A DNA stretch of 5,735 bases from Octopus sinensis (Eukaryota): the NCBI RefSeq assembly GCF_006345805.1, contig NW_021829956.1:1-5735 (forward strand). The letters are read 5' to 3'. Below are positions 1 through 5,735 of this stretch, one piece after another; the first letter of the stretch is position 1, and each line of letters begins with the position of its first letter. Both the position numbers and the translations under genes were made by a program. The notes beneath the pieces are model-generated. The model searched no databases and was not told where the DNA came from. It saw only the letters and a program-made list of their open reading frames with translations.

Positions 1-8
1 GCGATTCA

Positions 9-475
9 GAGTGTGTATATGTGTGTTATATATGTGCGCTTTGTGTGTGTGTATATATGTTCTATGCATACGCTGTATATGCATATATGCATACGTGTGT
101 GCGTGCTTGTGTGTATGCCTATATCTGTGTACGTGTGTGTGTGTGTGTGTGTGCGTATGTGTGTGTCCGTGTGTCCTACTTCCTTTCCCTGGATTGTGTA
201 TATACGTATATGTGTTATGTGCACGATCTCTATTATATGTCTATGTTCCTGCGTGTGTATAAGAGTATATACGTCTGTATTTCCATGTGCGCGTATATGA
301 GTGCGATTGTGTGCTTTGCATACACTATATATATATATATGTGTGTGTGTGTTTATGCGCTACATGTTCACTATGTATGCACATACGTTTATACCCATGT
401 ATATGTGTATATTTGTACGCATATGTGCATCTGTGCATCTGTGCATGAGCGTATGTATGCGCTTGTGTCTGTCTG
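9..475. repeat. Degenerate compound (TG)n/(TATG)n/(TA)n microsatellite
   Basis: Purine-pyrimidine alternation throughout, with pure TG runs near 133-154 and 340-352 and a TA run near 327-340. All overlapping ORFs are C/V/Y/M/H/T/I low-complexity translations. Confidence 0.95.
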
Positions 476-783
476 ATTGCCTGAGCGAGTCTTTGCGCTT
501 TCTGCGAGCGTCACAATTTTTTCTGCAGCATCGTAACCGTTCATTGACAACGGCTTTCCCCTGCAATAATTATCAATGGGAGATTCCCATGAAAGCAAGC
601 CATTTGATTGGTCCGCACCGTTTTCCCTAATATGGTAATATTTGCGCTATGGTCATAGAGAATTTTCTGTAAATGCGCAGTATTTTATTTGGCAAGAAAA
701 ACGATGGTTGAATTATTACTGGGCCGTGTAATTTCAACCTATTAATTAAGAATGTTAAGCAGAGCACATCACGATGTTCTAGG

Positions 784-894
784 GTGTGTATGTGTCCGTG
801 TGCGCGCGAATATGTGTGTATTCATATGCATGTTTATGTGTGAATGCATGTATGCATGTATGTACTCATGTGATATATATATATTATATATTAT
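784..894. repeat. Degenerate TG/TATG/TA microsatellite
   Basis: gtgtgtatgtg...gcatgtatgcatgtatg...atatatatatattatatattat. Confidence 0.85.
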
Positions 895-1062
895 CAACAT
901 CACAATCAAGGAACGGCCATAATAGGCCATTCACCCACTAGAAATAACAGCCAAAAGCTTCAACCGCAAAATAACATCAATTCCGTAAACCAGGAGAAAA
1001 TTAAAAAACATTTTCTAGTGGGTGAATGGCCTATTATGGCCGTTCCTTGATTGTGATGTTGA
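894..1062. repeat. Perfect 51-bp inverted repeat with 67-bp spacer
   Basis: 894-944 (tcaacatcacaatcaaggaacggccataataggccattcacccactagaaa) is the exact reverse complement of 1012-1062, checked base by base. Confidence 0.97.
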
Positions 1063-1158
1063 ACTTAAAAATGGTCTATGACTATTTAATTTTTTCCCAC
1101 TAGGTCGCTGGTGGCAAAAAAATTCTACAAAATTTTTTGCCACCCTATATTGATTAAT
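895..1158. mobile_element. Putative short mobile-element insertion with inverted segment (twin-priming or Penelope-like architecture)
   Basis: A 264-bp complex-sequence island inside TA microsatellite, flanked by identical 17-mers tatatattatatattat (878-894, 1159-1175; low complexity). It contains the 51-bp inverted repeat and a terminal 12-bp hairpin (1110-1144). Confidence 0.55.
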
Positions 1159-1601
1159 TATATATTATATATTATATATTATATATATATATATACATAT
1201 ATGTATGTATATATATGCAGAGAGAGAGAGAGAACGCATAAGATTGTGTCTGTGTGCGTGTATGTATGTATGTAAATATGTATATATATATATGTATGTG
1301 TGTGTATATGTGCGTATTTATGAATGTATGTAAACATGTATATATGTATGTGCGTTCGTATATATATATATATATAATATATATATGTGTGTGTATACAC
1401 GCACACACACATATATATATATATACATACGTACACATGTATGTATATATACTTACATGCATATATATTTATATATGTTTGTATTATATAAGTATGTGCG
1501 TATGCATGTGTGTATGTATGTATGTATGTATGTATGTATGTATGTTTGTATGTATGTATGTATGTATGTATGTATGTATTTATATATGTATGTATGTATA
1601 T
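1159..1601. repeat. Compound (TA)n/(GA)n/(TG)n/(TATG)n microsatellite
   Basis: TA runs, a GA run near 1218-1232, and near-perfect (TATG)n at about 1513-1598. Confidence 0.95.
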
Positions 1602-2042
1602 AAAAGCAGGTGTTAGATTTGCGTTGCTTACACATCTTTCAGTACATGGATTTATGATTATAATCTTCCGATAAACAGATTAACACACATAGATGTACAG
1701 AGATTCACAACAAATACACACATACACACTTACATACAATATATAAACGTATTTATGTATGCATGTATGCTCGTATCAAGTGCGTTTCCAGCAAGAAATC
1801 AAGAGGTACAAAGCATGCCCCAGATATACAAATTAATGCAAATATCTATTCGGATTCTGATGTAACAATTTCTTGTTCTTGGAAAGTAAAAAAATAAGTA
1901 CTTTAGTTTTTAAGATAAATGTCGTGGATGCTCTGGGATGCATCACCAATAATCTTTCTGGGATCTTGAATTTTTTTTTGGTTTCCATTTTTTTTTTTTT
2001 TGCAAAGCATGTTCTGGTTTAAGAAACAGGAATTCATCCTTA

Positions 2043-2560
2043 TCTACATACTAATATACATACATACATACATACATACATACGACGTACATACATACAT
2101 ACATACATACATACATACATACATACATACATACACACATACACACATACATACATACATACATACATACATACACACATACACACATACATACATACAT
2201 ACATACAAACATACATACATACATACATACATACATACGTACATACCTACCATACATACATACGTACATACATACACACATACAACACATACACACATAC
2301 ACCATACATACATACATACATACAACATACATACATACATACATACATACATACACACACACACATACATACATACATACCACATACATACATACTACAT
2401 ACATACATACACACATACACACATACATACATACATACATACTACATACATACTACCATACAATCATCATCACACAACATACTCATACATATATTACTAC
2501 ATACATACATACATATTACATACATACAATACATGCATACATACATACATACATACACAA
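2043..2560. repeat. Long (TACA)n tetranucleotide microsatellite, decaying towards its 3' end
   Basis: Near-perfect (CATA)n from about 2058 to 2240, then many 1-2 bp indels up to about 2557. Confidence 0.97.
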
Positions 2561-2891
2561 ATGCGTATATACATACAGATATGTGTGCATCTATGTGTGT
2601 GTGTGTGTGTGTTTGTGTATACATATATGAATGCATCTGTAGCAATCTCTGTTCTGTGTGCATGCTATTATGAATATATGCATATATATCTATAGATATA
2701 TGATTATATATATATATGTATGTATATGTATATATATGTATGTATATATATATATATATTTGTGTGTATATATATATATATGTAATGTGTGTGTGTGTGT
2801 GTGTGTGTTATGTGTGTGTATATATATATGTTGTGTGTGTGTGTGTGTGTGTGTAGTATATATATATACAAGAGCTGCTTGTTTTTGATAT

Positions 2892-2940
<49 letters not shown>

Positions 2941-2990
2941 AGAGAGAGAGAGAGAGAGAGAGAGGCAGACAGACAAACAGACAGAGATGA
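2561..2990. repeat. Compound (TG)n/(TA)n/(GA)n/(GACA)n microsatellite
   Basis: Alternating TG and TA runs from 2594 to 2938, (GA)n at 2939-2964, then gacagacaaacagacag. Confidence 0.93.
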
Positions 2991-3228
2991 ATCCGTGCAT
3001 AGATATTCGTACTACATGTTGCACTTGCTCACCAATATGAGAGCGTCTCTTAAGGTGAATTTCATTGATATAATCGATATAAAATATCGATTTCTAAAAT
3101 ACTGAGTCTTAGATTCAGGCATTGCTGTTAATCAAAGTAGCTCATATTGCAATCACCGGGTATCGAACTGGATACCCCTGCATCGTATCTTGTTTGTTTT
3201 TATGCCATTATATATGAAAACACCTTCT

Positions 3229-3247
3229 ATATATACATATATATATA

Positions 3248-3286
<39 letters not shown>

Positions 3287-3313
3287 ATATATATATATAT
3301 GTATGTATATATA

Positions 3314-3356
<43 letters not shown>

Positions 3357-3378
3357 ATATATATATATGTATGTATAT
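3229..3378. repeat. (TA)n microsatellite with a 66-70 bp higher-order tandem duplication
   Basis: The same interruptions recur in the same order: TT (3254-55, 3320-21), GTAC (3283-86, 3353-56), then GTATGTATAT. Confidence 0.9.
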
Positions 3379-3585
3379 TATTTTATTCTTTTATTTGATT
3401 GTCATTTTGACTGGGTGGCCATGGTGGAGCACCGCCAGCAAATCGACCCCAGGACTCATTCTTTGTAAACTTACTACTTATTCTATCGTTCTCTTTTGCC
3501 GAAGCGCTAAATTACGGGGACGTAAAAACACCAGCGTCGGTTGTCAAGCGAAGGTGGGGAGACAAAAACAAACACACACACACAC

Positions 3586-3586
<1 letters not shown>
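3378..3586 (-). mobile_element. 3' half of an octopus-type SINE, truncated at its internal CA/TA microsatellite
   Basis: The T-rich plus-strand start is an A-rich tail on the minus strand. The body ggccatggtggagcaccgcc...aaatcgaccccagg...cttttgccgaa...ggggacgtaaa...cggttgtcaagcg matches my recollection of a very abundant octopus SINE. It shares a cgata.aataagta...ctggggtcgat module with the SINEs at 4401-4956. No tRNA-like head is visible beyond the microsatellite. Confidence 0.75.
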
Positions 3587-3628
<42 letters not shown>

Positions 3629-3741
3629 AACACGCACATGGATGCTGTATGAATCCTATTTCAATTATATTCTTTCTTGTTTGATACATATATATATATA
3701 TATATGTGTGTATATATATATATATATACATGTGTGTATGC

Positions 3742-3785
<44 letters not shown>
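3571..3785. repeat. (CA)n/(TA)n/(TG)n microsatellites with a short spacer
   Basis: CA run 3572-3586, TA run 3593-3623, TA/TG runs 3688-3783. Confidence 0.93.
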
Positions 3786-3786
<1 letters not shown>

Positions 3787-4092
3787 GAGCGCAATGGCCC
3801 AGTGGTTAGGGCAGCGGACACGCGCTCGGAGGATCGCGGTTTCGTTTCCCAGACCGGGCGTTGTGTGTGTTTATTGAGCGAAAACACCTAAAGCTCCTCG
3901 AGGCTCCGGCAGGGGATGATAGCGACCCCTGTTTTACTCTTTCGCCCCAACTTTCTCTCACTCTTTCTTCTTGTTTCCTGAGTAACGCTACGTTGGACTT
4001 GCGTCCCGCCCAGCTGGCGGGGAACGCATACGCCATAGAAACCGAGAAACCGGACCCATGAGCCTGGCTAGGCTTGAAATGTGCAGAAAAAA
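3786..4092 (+). mobile_element. Apparently full-length tRNA-derived SINE (about 300 bp)
   Basis: GC/CpG-rich island. Pol III A-box TGGCCCAGTGG (3795-3805), B-box-like GGTTTCGTTTCCC (3838-3850), 3' stem-loop AGCCT-GGCT-AGGCT (4061-4074) and a short A tail (4087-4092). The segment gtaacgctacgttggacttgcgtcccgcccag recalls V-SINE-type 3' regions (from memory). Confidence 0.85.
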
Positions 4093-4400
4093 TATATATG
4101 AGTGCATTTATGATCGCATCACATGCTTGCTTGAGGTAGATACATATTAAAACTATAATACTTCCATTGCTATATAGGGTACTAAAATATCGAAGGCAGA
4201 CATCGTATGAAGCAAAATGGCTGAGGAAAAATGATTGAGTAACAATGCAAGCCCCATTTTACCAACTTATGCTAGGCAACCTCATAGTCCCATTACCCAT
4301 AAAACACCTGGGGTTGGTCCTGAAACTTTCGTTCATGACCAGGACAATTCTCCTCTAGGATTGCGTTCTGAGGAATTAGCTACTGAGGAATTAGTTTGTC

Positions 4401-4723
4401 AGGCAAAATGCTTAGCGGTATTTCGTCTGTCGTTATGTTCTGAGTTCAAATTCTGCCAAGGTCGATTAAATAAGTACCAGTTACGCACTGGGATTGATAT
4501 AATCGACTTAATCCACTTGTCTGTCCTTGTTTGTCCTCTCTGTGTTTAGCCCCTTGTGGGTAGTAAAGAAATAGGTATTTCATCTGCCGCTACGTTCTGA
4601 GTTCAAATTCCACCAAGGTCGACTTTGCTTTTCATCCTTTCGGGGTCGATAAATTAAGTACCAGTTGCGTACTAGGGTCGATCTAATCGACTGCCCCCCC
4701 CCCCAAAAAAAAATTTCGGGTCC
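4401..4723 (+). mobile_element. Dimeric tRNA-derived SINE, 5'-truncated (monomers about 4401-4510 and 4574-4723 joined by a linker)
   Basis: Two copies of ggtatttc.tctg.cg.ta.gttctgagttcaaattc..ccaaggtcga...aagtaccagtt.cg.act.gg...gat.taatcgact, each with a B-box-like GAGTTCAAATTC. Homologous to 4743-4956. Confidence 0.85.
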
Positions 4724-4742
4724 TGAATATTTAACTTCACTA

Positions 4743-4956
4743 AGTCGGCGAGCTGGCAGAATCGTTAGCACGTAGGGCGGAATGCTTAGCGGTATTTCGT
4801 CTGCCGTTATGTTCTGAGTTCAAATTCTGCCGAGGTCGACTTTGATCTTCAGTTTTTCGAGGTCGATAAAATAAGTACCAGTTGCGTACTGGTGTCGATG
4901 TAATTGATTTATCCCCATCCCGGGATTGCTGGCTTTGTGCCTAAATATGAAACTCG
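4743..4956 (+). mobile_element. Monomeric full-length tRNA-derived SINE of the same family, with a degenerate TSD
   Basis: Head ggcgagctggcagaatcgttagc with A-box-like TGGCAGAATCG (4754-4764) and B-box-like GAGTTCAAATTC (4816-4827). Flanked by tatttaacttcacta (4728-4742) and tattttacttcatta (4957-4971), 13/15 identical. Confidence 0.88.
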
Positions 4957-4980
4957 TATTTTACTTCATTAGTAGCAAAT

Positions 4981-5234
4981 AAGTCGTTTTGGTTCCTAAA
5001 ACTCATAGAGCCGGTAACCCTTTTTTCCATTGCGTTTAGGTGACCGAGATCAGAACACTATCCTAAAATCGGACGCCAGTCTGTCACAAGGTTACCTATT
5101 TATAGCCGGGTGACCTGGAGCAAATAAAAATGAAGCGGTCTGCTCGAGGGCAGAATACACAAATCTCGGTCTGGAAATCGAAACCACGATATTGAGATCA
5201 TGAGTGCACCACCCTATCTATTATGAAACGGCTT
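4981..5234 (-). mobile_element. Old, diverged tRNA-derived SINE related to the 3786-4092 element
   Basis: Minus-strand B-box GGTTTCGATTTCC (5185-5173). Minus 5220-5167 aligns ungapped to plus 3803-3856 at 37/54. The gtaac...gact.gcgtcc and accgg....atgag tail motifs are also shared. Confidence 0.75.
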
Positions 5235-5275
5235 AATTCTATTTTTAATATAAACATGGAACAAAACCTTTTTTT

Positions 5276-5490
5276 ACGGAGATGTACTTGCATAGCAAGT
5301 GACCTGATCTGAGATCGTGTGCTGGAACGAAAATAATTGCAGCGCGGAAGGTGTTTAAAAGCCGTTTCAGAAACACACAAAAACTGTTAGATTCACTTCA
5401 ACATTTAAATTTAATTTGCGAAAATATTTTCTTCGCTTTGAGACCGCGACCTGTTCACTGACAAAATTCCGTGCAGCACCTTCCACGCTG
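5276..5490 (-). mobile_element. Putative non-autonomous Penelope-like element fragment (pseudo-LTR type) with TSD and terminal inverted segment
   Basis: Flanked by identical 14-mers caaaaccttttttt (5262-5275, 5491-5504). 5477-5493 is the reverse complement of 5337-5353 (16/17). Carries a hammerhead-like motif on the minus strand. Confidence 0.65.
5415..5465 (-). ncRNA. Minimal type I hammerhead ribozyme-like motif, G3:C8 core variant (this copy partly decayed)
   Basis: The minus strand reads UUUGUCA-GUGAACA-G-GUCGC-ggucucaaa-GCGAA-GAAA-AUAU-UU-UCGCAAA. This gives stem I (6/7 pairs including one G.U), core GUGAACA, stem II (4 bp plus a G.A mismatch), GAAA, a palindromic minimal stem III and a UUU triplet. 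Confidence 0.6.
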
Positions 5491-5735
5491 CAAAACCTTT
5501 TTTTTTTTTTGCTTTTTCTTTTAAATGCTTCGAAACACATTTCGGAAAACATGGTATACATTTCGCTGCTCCGGTTTTTCCCCAGGATTCAAGTTCTCTG
5601 CTAGACTGTTTCCCCAGCTTAATTCTGATTGGCTCTAAACAAGTGCATTGGCAAACAATCAAACAATGCAATTCTGTCGTGCAGTGGAATCGGAGAACGA
5701 TAAATCTGAGAAAGAAAAAGATTTTTTTTTTTATA

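Noticed and set aside
2240-2557. Apparent divergent repeat code in the 3' half of the TACA array
   Set aside because: The changes are mostly 1-2 bp deletions, as expected from slippage decay or uncorrected long-read errors.
3064-3177. Hairpins aatcgatat-aaa-atatcgatt (3072-3092) and gggtatc/gataccc (3158-3177), plus a 14-bp match of 3064-3077 to SINE 4493-4506
   Set aside because: Short and isolated, with no extended homology or element boundaries to support a feature.
3786-3860. Possible tRNA gene
   Set aside because: A and B boxes are present, but there is no convincing acceptor stem and the sequence runs into a SINE body and tail.
6-3891. Numerous 60-231 aa ORFs (for example 2000-2695 HTYI repeats and MYVC repeats)
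   Set aside because: They are translations of TG/TA/TACA microsatellites, which lack stop codons in most frames. No domain-like content.
4315-4341. Hairpin tggtcctgaa/ttcatgacca (9/10 pairs)
   Set aside because: A single modest stem without a recognisable RNA motif; compatible with chance.
4401-4956. Three recurring gttctgagttcaaattc...aagtaccagtt blocks as a CRISPR-like array
   Set aside because: The units are long, diverged SINE monomers with Pol III boxes. They lack constant repeats with unique spacers, and the context is eukaryotic.
5224-5369. 11-bp inverted match tgaaacggctt (5224-5234) / aagccgtttca (5359-5369)
   Set aside because: The arms lie in two different elements on either side of a TSD; probably chance.
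3806-5671. ORFs at 3806-4036, 3861-4061, 4235-4549, 4580-4771, 5198-5380, 5367-5561, 5411-5671 and 5416-5604
   Set aside because: They overlap SINE or insert sequence, cross element boundaries, and show no recognisable RT, endonuclease or other protein motifs.
5586-5735. Stop-free frame after an acceptor-like tttttccccag
   Set aside because: The peptide (DSSSLLDCFPSLILIGSKQ...) is unrecognisable and runs into a poly-T tract; no supporting evidence.

Overview
Non-coding, AT-rich eukaryotic DNA (intronic or intergenic). About half of it is compound TA/TG/TACA/GA microsatellite. Most of the rest is short retroposons that I recognise from memory as resembling the abundant SINEs of octopus (coleoid cephalopod) genomes; that taxon assignment is inference, not a database result. 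No credible protein-coding gene is present: the supplied ORFs are translations of microsatellites or SINEs. Five SINE-type insertions lie between 3378 and 5234. The most interesting signals are two short insertions, each with a candidate target-site duplication (TSD) and an internal inverted duplication. The one at 5276-5490 has a 14-bp TSD, a 17-bp inverted copy at one end, and on the minus strand a minimal type I hammerhead-ribozyme-like motif with a compensatory G3:C8 core (GUGAACA). That combination suggests a non-autonomous Penelope-like element. The one at 895-1158 has a perfect 51-bp inverted repeat and sits in a TA-rich target.
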